Origin: Cirrosporium novae-zelandiae
Taxonomy: Eukaryota
DNA length: 64,000 nt
Direction of reading: 5' to 3'
Assembly (NCBI GenBank): GCA_026023565.1
Contig: JAPETS010000004.1
Coordinates: forward strand, 1-64,000
Numbering within the stretch: the first letter of the stretch is position 1; every line of letters begins with the position of its first letter. Below are positions 12,202 through 25,980 of this stretch, in pieces. Under the pieces are notes generated by a model. That model was not told the DNA's origin. It saw only the letters and a list, made by a program, of their open reading frames with translations, and made no database searches. The position numbers and the translations under genes were made by a program.

Positions 12202-15200
12202 ATGCCCACTGCCCCCGCCAAACCTGCGGCTTCTGCTGAACTGGCATTGGTTCAATTGAAGAGTTGTCTAGTGAACTTGCCATCACCGCTGGTCTCTGTT
12301 CTTTTGAACGCTAATGCAGTAAGTTTGAGGAATGTAAATACTATGCTATGTGCTGATGTATTCGCTCTTAGATTGCCCAAAATGTTGTCGTTGAGCTTCA
12401 ATATCGGCAGCTAGGGAAGAGCAGTTCTGGAATTTCTTCGCAGCGAGCGGTATATACTGGATGGACAGGAATTCCTTCACAGCGGAGGCTTTCTACAAAA
12501 GGCGCAAAAGAAGAGACATCGGTAGTAGAGATTGATACAGCATTTGCAAGGACATTGGGCCTTTCGGAAGGACAGAAGGTCTCGGTATTCCTACATGTTG
12601 ATCCTCCTATGGCAACTACTGTCAATATTGAACCGGTCACAACTGCCGACTGGGAAATTATTGAGCTTCATGTCAATTTTCTTGAAATAAATTTGCTGAA
12701 TCAAATAAGAGCCCTCCCAAATCCATCCTTCAATGCTACGCCATCAAGCCAGTCGCAACACTTTCACCCTCTGACCATTCACATGTCCCCGACATCAACA
12801 GCCAATATCCTTGTAACAGGCCTATCTCCTGCACCCCCTTCGACTTCGCCTTTTGCCAAGATATCCCCCAATGCTGAAGTCATTGTTGCGCCGAAGACGA
12901 GGCCAAGATTTTCCCGGTCAGATAAAGAGGACAGAAGGAGTATTGCAGGAAGCCGGAGGAGTGTTGGGGGCAGAAGCACCACCAGTACAGTTCGACAGAA
13001 AAACTATAAAGAGGAACGACCAGCGATGTTTCTACGAGGAGTTGATAGGGAAATTGCTGGAGAATGGTTCGATAAAGATGATGAGCAATCTAAAAATAAA
13101 GGACTAAAAATTTGGGTTGATGAAGATGTTCTATTGTCCAAAAGCCTGAGGGGAACCGAATATGCATGTGTCACGATTATCAATCCTGCCGGACTACAAC
13201 CACCAGTTGATCCGCAACAACAGTTACAACATCAAGAGCCGGATCTCCAAGACGCCCCAAAACCAACATTGAAGTTGATTGCAAAATTAGTTGTATGGCC
13301 GGATCCTCCTGATGGTCAACATGTTGCATTGTCTTCTGCATTGTGTACGTCCTTGCAAGCAAAAGGGTTAGTAGGCGGTCTGGTGAAGCTGGAAGCAAGT
13401 ATACCTCAAGTTTCGAAATCAAGTGTCAAAAGTTTAAAGATATACCCATTTAATTCTTCGAAACCAACCCAAGCAACCTCTTTGATAAAATTTGGGGGTG
13501 AAAGCAAAGCTGCGCTGGAAGCTGCACAAGATCGCATAAAGGCTTTATTTGATGAGCAAGACTCACCATATCATGGTCTTTGGTCTGGTCCAATCACCGA
13601 TGGCATTGTGCTTCCTGCGTCCAGTGAGAACAATCAGAGAGCTGTTTGGAATGGTGGGCTCATGAAATTCAACCCCCCTCTAACCAACAAACAAGATCCG
13701 ACGAAAACGATATTTGGCTGGCTTGTAGGCAAGGACCATAATTTAAATATTGAGATGCAGCCTGAGATTTCTAAGCCCAAAAGCCTCATCACGCCAACAA
13801 ATATTCCAGAAGAGCCCATCCCAGATGAATGTCCTGTATTGGTTGGCATTGATTCACTTATAGCAGATACAAAATCTCATCTTACGCATTCATCTTCAGT
13901 CCTCTTAACTGGGGGTTTGGGTTCGGGCAAAACATCGTTGAGTATTCAACTAGCACATCAACTTCGAAAGGAAAAGTTATATAATATAACATATCTCCCC
14001 TGTCGCAAGCTCGTGAATGATGAGACCAGGGTCTCTACTATTAAAGATACGCTTAATAGGCTTCTAATGTCTGCTGCATGGTGTGCGCGAGGTGGACAAT
14101 CCATTGTGATTCTTGATGATTTAGACAGGCTTTGTCCTGTCGAGACGGAGCTGCAGGTCGGAGGGGAAAATGGACGAAGCCGACAAATAAGTGAAATTTT
14201 TTGCTCTTTAGTCAGACAACACTGTGATATTGATTCTGGTATCGTTCTCCTTATCACCGCTCAAGGCAAGGAATCCTTGAACAATGTTCTTGTTGGAGGA
14301 CATATTGTCAGGGAAATTATAAACTTAAAAGCGCCAAATAAAGACAGTCGACGACGAGTTCTAGAGCTACTTACTAAAGCTGATCAACAGTCACAGCAAT
14401 CACAACAGCAGGAAGCATCTCGGCAAGTGCCGAATGGAACAGCAAAGTCGCACAGCAGAAAGTCAAGTTATGAAAGAAAGGAACCGGGATGGCTGGATCC
14501 AAGTGATAATCGCCCAGAATCTCCTGAATCAGAACACTTTTACCTAGATCAAAGGCTTGACTTTCTCGATATTGCAGGACAGACAGATGGTTATATGCCT
14601 GGGGATTTGTTGCTTCTCGTATCTAGGGCAAGGAGCGAAGCTCTAATCAGGTCAATAGAGGAGGCCCCGAATTCTACAGACAGCACAGCCATTTCACTCT
14701 GCAAGGACGATTTCGACAAAGCGTTGAAGGGATTTACGCCTGCGTCTCTCCGAAATGTGACTTTGCAAAGCTCAACAACCACATTCGATTCCATAGGTGG
14801 TCTCCACGCCACACGAAAAACCCTCCTTGAAACTCTCCAATATCCCACAACATATGCCCCCATTTTCGCTCAGTGTCCTCTTCGCCTCCGGTCAGGTCTT
14901 CTTCTTTATGGCTATCCCGGCTGTGGTAAAACCCTCCTTGCCAGTGCCGTAGCCGGCGAATGCGGCCTCAACTTCATTAGCGTCAAAGGCCCTGAGATTC
15001 TCAACAAGTACATTGGAGCCTCCGAAAAAAGTGTCCGTGATCTCTTCGAGCGGGCCGAAGCTGCAAAACCTTGTGTCCTGTTCTTCGACGAGTTTGATAG
15101 TATAGCCCCCAAGAGAGGTCATGATTCCACGGGGGTAACGGACAGAGTCGTTAATCAGCTTCTCACTCAGATGGATGGTGCTGAAGGACTAAGTGGTGTC

Positions 15201-15956
15201 TATGTCCTCGCCGCTACAAGTCGGCCAGATCTCATTGATCCCGCTCTACTGCGCCCAGGAAGACTGGACAAATCTCTTTTCTGTGGCCTCCCGGATCTCG
15301 ACGAACGTCTCGACATCCTCCAGGCCCTAAGCAAAAAACTCCACCTCGACAACATTGCATACCAGGGCCTAGAAGAAGTCGCTCGAACGTGTCCAGGCTA
15401 TTCCGGCGCGGACCTCCAAGCTGTAATCTACAACGCACATCTAGAAGCCGTACACGACATTCTAGGCGACCACTCGAAACAAAAAGAAATGAATGGCGAC
15501 AGCACCGCGAAATCGGGCGGAGAAGGTAGCACTGATCCCAACAAGATCAACCCCCGCAGCTTCCTCCAATTCCGATACGGCGAAGAAGAAGAGAAGAAAC
15601 ACGCTGCAGGCATGACCCCCAGCAAGGAGCTCGCGGAGCGCGCGGCCATCGCAGCAAAAATACAGGCGCAGAGAGATGCAAGGCGTAAACAGCATCTATT
15701 ACTCTCAGGCAAGGGCGATAACGAAAAAGCAGGACGCGGCAATGAAAATAACGACGACAAAACCAACAAGAGCCCCGAAGTCGTGATCAGCTGGAAGCAC
15801 ATCCAGGCGTCGTTGGCGACGACGAGGGGCTCGATCAGCCCTGAGGAGAGGAGGCGTTTAGGCAACGTGTACCGGGAGTTTGTGACGGGGAGGAATGGTG
15901 AGATGCCGAATGGGCAGGGGAGTATGGAGATTGGGGGGAGAAGTAGTTTGATGTGA
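12202..15956 (+). CDS. PEX1: Peroxisomal biogenesis AAA ATPase Pex1
   Basis: N-terminal LKSCLVNLP and VNIEPVTTADWEIIELH. Two AAA modules (GGLGSGKT; GYPGCGKT, SVKGPEILNKYIGASE, RGHDSTGVTDRVVNQ). Intron 12319-12371. Confidence 0.96.
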
Positions 15957-16069
15957 TTTTTTAACTGGTTGGGGTTTAATTTATGTTATATTTATTTAAT
16001 ATGCGAATAGAGGACGATAAAAATGGGTTGGGGTTTAAATTAGGATTGGGGTTTATGTTAGAGATGTCG

Positions 16070-16072
16070 TTA

Positions 16073-16112
<40 letters not shown>

Positions 16113-16216
16113 TACTATTATTACTATTAATTGTTACAATATCAATCACTACCTTATATCTATCAATCATCCATGCATACCCCCTCCTCCTCCTCCTCCT
16201 CCTCCTCCTCCTCCTC
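16070..16216. repeat. (TTA/CTA)n and (CCT)n trinucleotide microsatellites
   Basis: TTA run at ~16070-16128 and CCT run at ~16183-16216, downstream of PEX1. Confidence 0.9.
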
Positions 16217-17100
16217 TTCCTACCACCAAAAAAAAAACACACACAACCTCTTCCATCCACACCATCCACACTACCTTATCACCCCTACCAACCCCATCAA
16301 ACAACCAACCACCAAAGCCCTAAAACCCGAACTCACGTAACAGAGAATCCCAACTTTATATACCTAGGTAATTAGTCCATACATATACTCACTCACCACT
16401 ACTACAAAGGGTTAATTAATTAGGCCCAGTCTCCTATACTAAATACTACAAATCTATATGCCAAACTGCATGTCCCAAGAGAAGCTTGTACAGTACAGTA
16501 GCGGGAATAGGGGTTCTGCGGACCTTACTGTACCTAAAGCTATTTTATTTATATATTTTTTGAATACTTTATTTATTTATCTGTTTATATGTGTAGATAG
16601 ATAGATATATGATAGCTAGCTAACATGTGGCTTTGGGCTTTGGACGAGAGTTTATAGAATCCCCTTGGTTGTTTTGGATATTTCTTTTTCGTTCCTTTGT
16701 TCACCCACCCTCTCAACCCTCCCTCGTTTCTAGATTAGGTGGCTAACTGTGTGTGGTACAAAAGAGTTCGAGTCGGCGGTTGGCTTCATATGGGCTGGGG
16801 GTTTATGGTTAAATGGCGTAGATAGATGGTTATCCTTTTTTTTGAAGCTAGAGGGTGTGGCAGCGAGAACGAGACCTTTCTTCTTATCCTTTACCGTGTA
16901 GATTGTTTAGTTTGCTTTCGTGTATCCCAGATGAGATGGGACTGCCTTGGACTTTGATGACCGCAGTGACGATAAGAGCATGAGGGGTAAGTACCCCTCG
17001 GTTCAATGGATGGTAAATCCGTTCATGATATCAATCAACTCGTCGAGCCTGATACTCGATATTTTTGCTGGGACTGGGAGTGTAGACAGGTCCCTCTTTC

Positions 17101-18315
17101 TCACACGACTCTAACACCCCACCCAACACTCCCCGTATCAAAGACCTCCACTAACCCCGCCCCAACAGCCTCCTCAACAACCCACTCCGCCTTTAGCCCA
17201 TAATAACTTTTCCACTTCTGCGTCTTGCCCGGCAGAACCCCCGCAAACTCTCCTCGAATCCTCTTACCGTTATCGTTAGTGGCGGCCGCACCATCCCAGC
17301 GTTCTTTGAGAAGCCAGAGGGGTAGTTCGCGGTATTTAGAATGCTTTCGCGCGAGGAGGGATAGGAGGTGAGAACGGGCGGTAGCGAGAAGGCGGAGGAG
17401 GGGGCCAGTGTTGGGGAGGGACAGGCGGAAGGATTGGGTGGATTGCGCGTGGGTTATGCTGCCGGAACCTCCACCGGCACCATGGATTGCGTCTTCGCCT
17501 CCGACGGCGGCAATGGAGCCGGATGCAGCACGTGAGATGCTGAGGAGGGATGTTGACGTTCCAACGGAACCGGGGGCTGGATGGGTGAAGTAGTCGTTGG
17601 CGGAAGAGAGGTCCTGGTGAGCAAAAACCAGAAACCCAGCATTCATGAGAGCGGTAGCATCTTTCGGAGAGAATTCAGTAGCTGAGAGATTCATGGCAGT
17701 GGGATTGTTGCAAAGAAGGGCTATAAAGTTGGACTTTAGGTCTTCCGAAAGAGTTTCCGATCTTCGGATGCAGGCCTCCCAGTCCGCCCAGGTGACTATT
17801 CCTTCTCCCAATGCGCCCTGTCCTTTCCCACGGCGTGGGACGTTGACGCGGCGGACAACGCCTTTGGCTACAAGTTCCGCTATCTCTCGTTCCAGCTCTG
17901 TCCCGGACCGTACCAGCGCATGAAGGTGGCTGATCTCGATAGTGGGGGGAAGCATGGTACGGTAGTTTAAAACTGCCGCAATTCGTGTGCTATTCATTCC
18001 AGGAGCTCTTTCTGGGATCGGATCAAACATTTGATCTCGGGTATACTTGATTAATTGAGGGACATCTCGAAGCGATGGGTCTGTGGCGAGGGCTGTCACC
18101 AGGCCCACGTCGTCAAGACGGTCCTGGAAGAAGTCCTCATCGTCTTCAGAGTAGGATTTCGAGGTTTGAGTTTTTGAATTTGGGCGTGTAAGGGGTTTCT
18201 GCCGGGGTAAGGAAGAAAAGGGCGAGACTGAGGATGAGGGCCGTTTACGGAAGGGATTCTTAGAGCGGGGTTTAGTTATCCGGGATGAATGAGCGGCTGT
18301 GAAGTTCAGGGACAT
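17101..18315 (-). CDS. STK19-like (Stk19 family) protein
   Basis: Intronless 404-aa ORF with MFDPIPE..GMNSTRIAAVLNYR..LPP, EREIAELV..G.VRR, LSLPNTG and the C-terminal WKSYYGL...WVVEEAVGAGLVEVFDTGSVG typical of fungal Stk19 homologues. Confidence 0.8.
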   Translation of the reverse strand: MSLNFTAAHSSRITKPRSKNPFRKRPSSSVSPFSSLPRQKPLTRPNSKTQTSKSYSEDDEDFFQDRLDDVGLVTALATDPSLRDVPQLIKYTRDQMFDPIPERAPGMNSTRIAAVLNYRTMLPPTIEISHLHALVRSGTELEREIAELVAKGVVRRVNVPRRGKGQGALGEGIVTWADWEACIRRSETLSEDLKSNFIALLCNNPTAMNLSATEFSPKDATALMNAGFLVFAHQDLSSANDYFTHPAPGSVGTSTSLLSISRAASGSIAAVGGEDAIHGAGGGSGSITHAQSTQSFRLSLPNTGPLLRLLATARSHLLSLLARKHSKYRELPLWLLKERWDGAAATNDNGKRIRGEFAGVLPGKTQKWKSYYGLKAEWVVEEAVGAGLVEVFDTGSVGWGVRVV

Positions 18316-18867
18316 GGTGGTCTATGGGGATATAAATGAAAAGAAAATAACCAGACGAGTAGAAAGCGCATTTGAAGGATTCTATTGATGATGATGATGA
18401 TGATGATGATGCTGTTTATTGAGGATATACTAAAAGAGCGAAGATGGATGGCTGATCTGGATTAAGCTGTTGGTTCTCGATAGGGCGGAGAAGAGGACTG
18501 AAAGTTTAGGTAGGGCTGGGGTGTAAGAATAGCCTGACACGCTCAAGAAAAGGGGTGTCGAAATTCCACCATAAGCGTCTGTGTCATCGCCGCTTGGACA
18601 ACTTTATAATAATGTACCTAGGTAGGTATGTTATATTCGTTCACAGACGACAACAGTCTAACGCATGCTCTCTAGGGAAAGGCATCTACATACGGAAACA
18701 ATGCTTATAATTCACGGCCTAGCTCAAGGATCGCAGGCCAACGAGGGTGAAGTTACCAGGATAAATATGCATGATGCTAAGAATATGATGCACCAATAGT
18801 TCTAAGTCTCCATAGCTTATCAACCCTCTCTCTTAGCTATGGTTCTTCGATAAATCTTTCGTGGCAT

Positions 18868-21420
18868 GTGATGTGTTTGTACTACTTCCTACTACAAGAA
18901 ATATTTTGGATTTCAGGCATGCCTGGGTCCGGACAATCGACGCTCATGAAGTTCGCTATGAAAGACCAACGGACAATAAATGGTCTTGCTAATGATAAGC
19001 GCAAATGGATCATTGCTAGCTTTTTCTTCCATGATCGTGGAGAGGATTTACAAAAATCGTTGTATGGAATGCTGAAAGAGATCCTGTATCAAATCTTATC
19101 CAAGGAGAAGCAGCTGTATCAAGCCGTATATCCCGTATACGCCGACCTCGTTAAAGCTACGAACTCTAAATTTCCCAAGTGGAGCCTAGAGAAACTTCAG
19201 GAAGCTCTTTTGAATGTAGCAGAACAGCGAATGATAAAGACTGGCATCTGCCTCTTCTTGGATGCCTTAGATGAACATGCTGGGGACAATGAACTCTTGT
19301 CAGACCTATTGTACAAGCTTACCTCAAAGGTAGATGGCACAGCTGTCAGGCTGAAAATATGCTTGGCCAGTAGACCTTGGACTGTGTTCTTAAACCAATT
19401 TGGCGCCTGCCCAAACTTCGAAATTCACCATCATACTCAAGGCGATATCAAAAGATATGCTCAAGATAGACTTCACCGGGCCTGGTTTGGGAGGAATCGG
19501 TCAACCACTGTTGACCAAAACCTTCGAGAACTAAGATCTTTAGTCGTTCAAATTTCCAGGAAAGCTCTGGGGGTCTTCGTCCGGGTTAAGCTCGTACTCA
19601 ATGAGGTAGTACCGCTTATCAGGGATGGGTCCAAAGATGTCTCCGAACTCGAAGATATGGTCAATAAAATGCCGCAGGAACTCGGACAACTTTATCGTAG
19701 AATTTTAGAAAGAGTGGAAGCTAAATACGCTAATGAGGCGCGCGCAATTCTAGAAACTGCCCTCTATAGCTTCAAGCCCCTCACCCTAGAGGGTTTAATT
19801 CGCTCAACCTTATACATCATTAGAGGCAAATCTCGTGCCATGCAAGAAGAAGCGATGATGAATGTTCTAACAAGTCGAACTAGTGGTCTTCTTGAATGTA
19901 TCCACAGGTCTCCAGACGTTGCTGAAGCTACCTCTGGAAAAAGCATCTCACGGATCGTACAGGAAAATTTACGCACAGAAGGCATGGATTTCTCAGAAGA
20001 ATCTGACACCAATTCAGTCATTTCCATACCCCCCGAGTATTCTCAGGCATCTACTATAACCAGTGAAGAGTTGGATTATGATATTTCAAACGAAGCACAA
20101 GCCAATAGCGCTGAGTCCCGACACATCGAGCAGTCTACTATTACTGTTCAGTTTATACATCAAACAGCTAAAGAGTACGTTCAAGAGCACCAGGGGGATC
20201 TAGGCTTATCAGGGCCATCGGCACAAATCTCAAGCTCGACCGCCTATTTGAAGCTCGTACGGATCGGATTCATGTCATTGGAACCCTGAGCGGACACAGT
20301 TCGAGCTGACATGTTTTCGTATGCTAAAAAGATTGATAGCGAACTGTCCTATACCTCAGGAACTCCATCAGAAGTCGCCGGAGAATTGAAGGAGCTCTAC
20401 ATGGGTCTAAACACTCTGAGCGATGAGGCTTTATGAGGTATATAAACAACCCGATGGGTTCCTAAAGTACCTTGCAATAGCCGCAAATCTACACGTGTTT
20501 ATTCGACAACTCCTTGTCACTGATCCAGATATTATACTGGATGAAGATAACCCGTGTCTTCTCCAGATGGCAACTTTTGGACCTAAGCTCTTCGCGGATG
20601 ATCAAGACCGGATCGAAATGATCCAGTCCTTAGTACACAGCAGCTATCCAATAGATCTAAGAGCTGGCCCTATTAAGCCTGTCCCTGGCTTCGATAATCT
20701 AGTGAAGATGGAGAATGTAACTCTGCAATTAGGCTCGGCCCCCCTAAAAGTGTCAACATCTTTCCTACTAGCCTTAGGCGAAGTCCATAATATGACCAAT
20801 GATCTCCGACTTCAATTATTAGAAATATTTCTCTCTCTTGGAGCTAACCTAGATACTTGTCTTAGCATCTCTTTATCTGGAAATGTCGCTTACCCTATAA
20901 AACTGTTCTGCGCACGTTATGGCCGTATGGATGTTATTAAACTAATCTTAAAGTATCAAGGTTATCGTGACGATAACCTATTAGAATCGCCGTTGTACCG
21001 TATTGCTGTCCTGAGCCAAGCGGTAGGCTTGAATGGTGACTTTTTTGGTCGACTTGAGGGAGCTTGGAGATTTCTTAGGAGAACTTGGGGATGTCTTTAC
21101 GAACTCAAACCCTTCAGCCTCACGACAATGGAAGACATAGAGGATCTTGAACTTGATCCTCCTCTAGGAACTGTCACTGCACTACAAGTTATTGGGCGCA
21201 TCGCCGGCTCAGTCGCGCTACCTTTTTTTGGTGCGGAATCTAGTCTGCCTCTCCCGGACAGAACAAGAACAGTTCTATTAGGATTAGAGGGATTTGAACA
21301 TTCAGATCACTCATCGATGTATAGCGATTACGATTTACGATACCAAATGATTATATCGAACCAGGAGGGCGACCATCTGTCATTTACCTCTGGAACCTCA
21401 GGACCTAGGGTATATCAAGT
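18868..21420 (+). pseudogene. Disrupted NACHT + ankyrin-like NLR-type gene
   Basis: NACHT motifs WISGMPGSGQST (Walker A K>Q), FFFHDRG, LFLDALDE, KICLASRP and VQFIHQTAKEY. In-frame TGA at 20287-20289, a frame change near 20420, then ankyrin-like segments (LLEIFLSLGANLD, ARYGRMDVIKLIL). No N-terminal effector domain is visible; the 3' end is uncertain. Confidence 0.75.
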
Positions 21421-22359
21421 AACTTTTTTAAAAAAAAAGAAACGGGGGGGGCTCCAAGCACCCTCTTCTGGGTCTACTATACTTGAGCTTAGCCATGTGT
21501 GTGGGAGAGATGGGGAAGGGGATGGAAGAAAGGAAGGAAGAAAGCAAGGGGCAGATTTTTGACTCGTCTATTTCCCTTTTTTTTTGGTTTTTTTTTTCTC
21601 CTTTAAAACTCTGGTTTCGTAATAAGTCGTGATGGTAGTGGGTGTCGATTATGTTGTGCTGAGAATTGATTAGAGAGGTTGGTGTTTGTTGGTTTGTAGT
21701 AATTATTATCTATGCATATATATATATCTAGCAACCAACCAAACCCAGCCCTCCTAATATCCAGACATAACCCTCCCCCCCTCTCCCCCTCTTCAACCCA
21801 ACATCAAGATCCCCATTACCTTACCTCAAAATCCCCATTTCCATTCCCATTCCCATTCCCCATGCCATAAAAAAAAAAGCTTAGCTATCTCGAAATAACT
21901 CAAGTATGTCGAAAAAGGTCGACCCAAGAAACAGAAAAAAGACCCCAAAAAGAAAAAATTCCACTGTCCTATCCATTTAATTATCCTATTTTCCCATTCC
22001 TTTTTTTGGGAGGGCTTAATAATTTAGTTTAAGTAGATTAGATTAGATTATGGTATGAAGCATGAGGCATGGGTGGGAGGGGGGGGGGAGGCTGGAATGT
22101 ATATATATATATACATATATAACTTGGTCTTGTGGTAAGGAGATGGTATGGTATGGTATGGTGCCGAAAGAATAGAGAATAGTTATAATATAAATATAAT
22201 ATCAGGATTAAAAAAAAGAAAGAACCAAGCTTTTTATAACCTTAACTATATCTATATCGTACATGTACAACAGTGTAAAAGTCAAACCCAGCTAGGTAGT
22301 TAGCAATCTCTCGCACTACTACCCAGCCAGGCACCCCTAAAAGCCTCAAGACCTAAAAA

Positions 22360-25300
22360 TTAAAGCCTTTCCACGTCCTCAACGAGCCTCTCCAGAACCC
22401 CCTCATCTACATCCCCACCCCCGCCCCCACCCCCAAGCACCTCCCCCATCAACCCGGAAATCCTCCGAAAATTCTTCTCCTTGACCTCCTCCTCCAGTTC
22501 CCTCGACTTCACAGCCGCAACATCCAGCACCGGTTTCGGAACCCCAGCCAACCTCGCGACATTAAGTCCATAAGACCGATGGGCGACGCCCTCCCCGACT
22601 TCATATAGAAAAGTAATGTCCTGACCGTCCGCTCCGGTCTCTTCGAATTTCATGTGCACGTTTTTTAATTCGTTGTTTGAGAAGGCGTTTGCGAGCGCGG
22701 CGAGGTTCTGGTAGTGGGTGATGAATAGGGTGAGGGCTTTGATGTTGCGGACGACATAGTCGAGGACGGCTTGGGCGATGGCAACGCCGTCGTGGGTGCT
22801 GGTGCCTCTTCCCAGTTCGTCTAGTATGACTAAGCTTCGGCTGGTTGCTTGTTTGAGGATGTCGGCTGTTTCGCTCAGCTCGACCATGAAGGTGGATTCG
22901 CCCGCCATCATGTTGTCGAAGGCGCCCATGCGGGTTAGCACGGCATCGAGCATTCCGAGTCTGGCGGATTCAGCGGGGACGTAGGAGCCGATTTGGCCCA
23001 TAATGCATATGAGAGCTACTTGGCGGACATAGCTGGATTTTCCGCCCATGTTTGGGCCTGTGACGAGGAGGGCCCGGGTTGTATCTGTGGAGAGGGATGT
23101 GTTGTTTGGAACGTAGGTGTCGAGGAGGAGCTGTTCGACCATGGGGTGCCGGCCTTGGACGACGTCAATGCAGGTGTCATTGGTATAGATAGGCTTGACG
23201 TAGCCTGGCTGGTCGGCAATGACCGCAAGGGAAAGGAGACAGTCGAGAGTAGCAAGGGACTGAATGCAGTCACGGAATTGCTGATACTTGCTAGAAATCT
23301 CAGAAAGGAGGGCTGAGAAGGCAACATCGCAAGCTGCCGCCAAAGCTTCCTTGTGCTGATCACGCTCGCGCAATAAGTTAATAACTTCTGGGGTATGAAA
23401 ACGGGACACCTTTTTGGTGCCGGATATTTTGGCCCACGATGCCGGGACTTTTGAGAGAGAAGTTTTGTCGTTAGGAACTTCGATGAGATACTCAATTCCT
23501 GCTACTGTTACATACTCGACTTTACTTTTCTTTAGTTTCTCGGCAGCCACATTTCGGTGTTGGTCTAGTTCCTGCTCCACTGCTGCAATGCCTAGCTTCT
23601 GTTCTGTGATTTCATCGGTTTCTTCGTTGTCTCTAAAAAACGTGTACTTATCATCACCTCTAGCAGCTTGTGGGTTTATTTTCTCGAGAAAGGATACAAC
23701 ATCATCTTTGATAGTCGGAAGTGCAGCAATCGCTTCATTAAGAGTAGATGATTCGAATCCAGCATCTGCTGAACTTTTTATGTAAGCAAATTCGTTCGCA
23801 ATGCGTTGCATTGTTTGGAGAACTGTCAAAAGCTCTGGTCTAGTACACTATATTGTATGTCAGCTAGAGCCAGGTTCGGGAAATAGAGTTCCTACCTTGC
23901 CATAATATATTCGAATCAGACTTTTCTCTAGGTCACTCTTTGTCTTAAGCAACAAACTCTTCAGCTTCGCAACTGTGGGGTTCTGATCCTTGTTTTTTAG
24001 CTCCTCCACTGCTGCTACACGTTCTTCAAGCTTAGAACGATCCAATAACGGTCGACCAACCCATTTTCTCAATAATCTTCGGCCGAACCTGGTTTGTGTT
24101 CTGTTCAATGTCCAGAAGAGACTTCCAGTCTCGGTATAATCTGTCTGGTTTTGATAGATTTCCAAGCTCGTCAACGTAGTACCGTTAAGAAGCATGTGAG
24201 ATCGAGCAGAGAATGACTGGAAATACTTCGTCAGGTCGAATACATGTTCCAACCCATACTCGTTTAAGTGGTTGATCATTGCTGAGAGACATATTGTCAC
24301 ATTTTCTGGAAGCTTAAGTACCTTCTCCAATAAATTGCTGGCTATTTCATCTTCCTTTGTACCAGTAGCTTTCATTCTATTGGCATAGAAATTCGAAACA
24401 TGATTGTATGATTCTGCCGCAGCTGTATTAGATTTTTTGGTCCTTTCAACTCTGATTTGATCACCAAAGACGTTGGTCTTGGAACCTGAAAGGTGCTTCA
24501 CAAGTTTTTCCGTGGCTTTTGATAGCTCTCCAACAATCAGGAACTCACAGGGAGCAATATGAAGAAGCCTTGTTTCGATTTCGCTTCTCATAAAGCCATC
24601 TTCGAAATCGTCGTAGATAACATCCCCTGTGGCTGGTTGGACCGCTACAATGCCAACGCTGACTTTCTCATCTGTTCCCCATCCTTTGGCGTTGTTTTCT
24701 GTAATACAAAGCAAATGGCCCGAGGCGGAAGTCCCAGCACCGGTTCCGTCAACAGGTCCTTTGAGACCATCTACATCATCAATGTAGGTTCCCTTGGTGT
24801 AGAGATTAGTCAATTTTCGAACAAAAGGGGCATTCCGATTGTCGCTAGCCGCCTTCAAAGCAGCAGTTTCTAGCTGCCTGACAACACCAACTTTGTGGCC
24901 GGCTGAAACTAGGCGCTTGACATGAACATGTAACCGATGGACGGGTATACTAGCGGATGCAAATCTATCTAGATGTGCTTCAGAAGGATCTGTCTCAAAT
25001 TAGTCTAGCCATTAATATATGGAGATTGCAAAACCCACGTTCATCGTATCTAAACTTTCCAGGAATGCAGACGATACTCAATTCTTTTGCCGCTGTTCTT
25101 GCATCTTCTCCAAAAAATCGAAATTTATATCCTACTTCGATGACCAACACCGTATCCATATGTTTCCTCTTTATCTCCAGCACCTGCTTCTCCATTGGCG
25201 TTAGCTTGTGCCCCCCCCTCTTTACCGCTGTCCCTCTTTTGGCCTTTGATGGAGGAGGCTCGTCCTCTTCCTCTTCAACAGCTTGATCTTCGGTGGTGTC

Positions 25301-25915
25301 TTCAGGACCAACCCAATTTCTCCGCTTTATTTCAGCTATGCTCTCTGGCCTACCCAACTTCTTAACAAACTTGTTATGAAGTCTCTCTTTTTGCTTAATG
25401 GAAGATTCATCCTTCTCAACATTTTCATCTTTTTCGATTGAGCTCGAGAATAAGTATTTAGATGTTCGATCTGTGATAGTAGGTTTCTTCCCTTCATTGC
25501 CATTTTTAGATTTGAGCTTCTCATGCGAGTCCGGTGGAGGGGATATATCTTCATCTCGGGATATATTGCCATTTCCATCAGAGTCGTTTTCTTCAGCAGT
25601 AGTAGTGGTTCGACGCCGTAAACGCTTTGCCTTCGGAGGCTTCAATCCAGATTGCTCATCCTCTTCCGCTTGATGTTCACGCTTTGAATGCTGGGAACTG
25701 CTCCTAATGTTCGAGGAAACGCCATTATGGTTTGTCGCATCTAGCAACTCGTCTTTTGAATAGTTACTTCTATCGGCTTTCAAGTTAATTGAGGGGTTTG
25801 GTGTGAGATATGGAGTGGGTTTGGTAGCTGACGAAGCTTTACCAAAGAAGCTTGAGATACTCTGTTGTTTCTTTTGACTTGAAGGTTGCGATCCTAATTT
25901 CGAATTTGATGGCAT
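22360..25915 (-). CDS. MSH3: DNA mismatch repair protein Msh3
   Basis: [20 protein letters not shown] (Msh3-type), [31 protein letters not shown] and SYGLNVA. Introns 24990-25038 and 23848-23895. Confidence 0.95.
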
Positions 25916-25980
25916 ATTGTATTATAAAATGTCGATGAATGGCCGTTGAGTTTGGATCGGCTCTCTTTCGCTGATGACTT

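Noticed and set aside
15976..16375. Poly-L, poly-N and poly-R ORFs downstream of PEX1
   Set aside because: They are trinucleotide-repeat artefacts.
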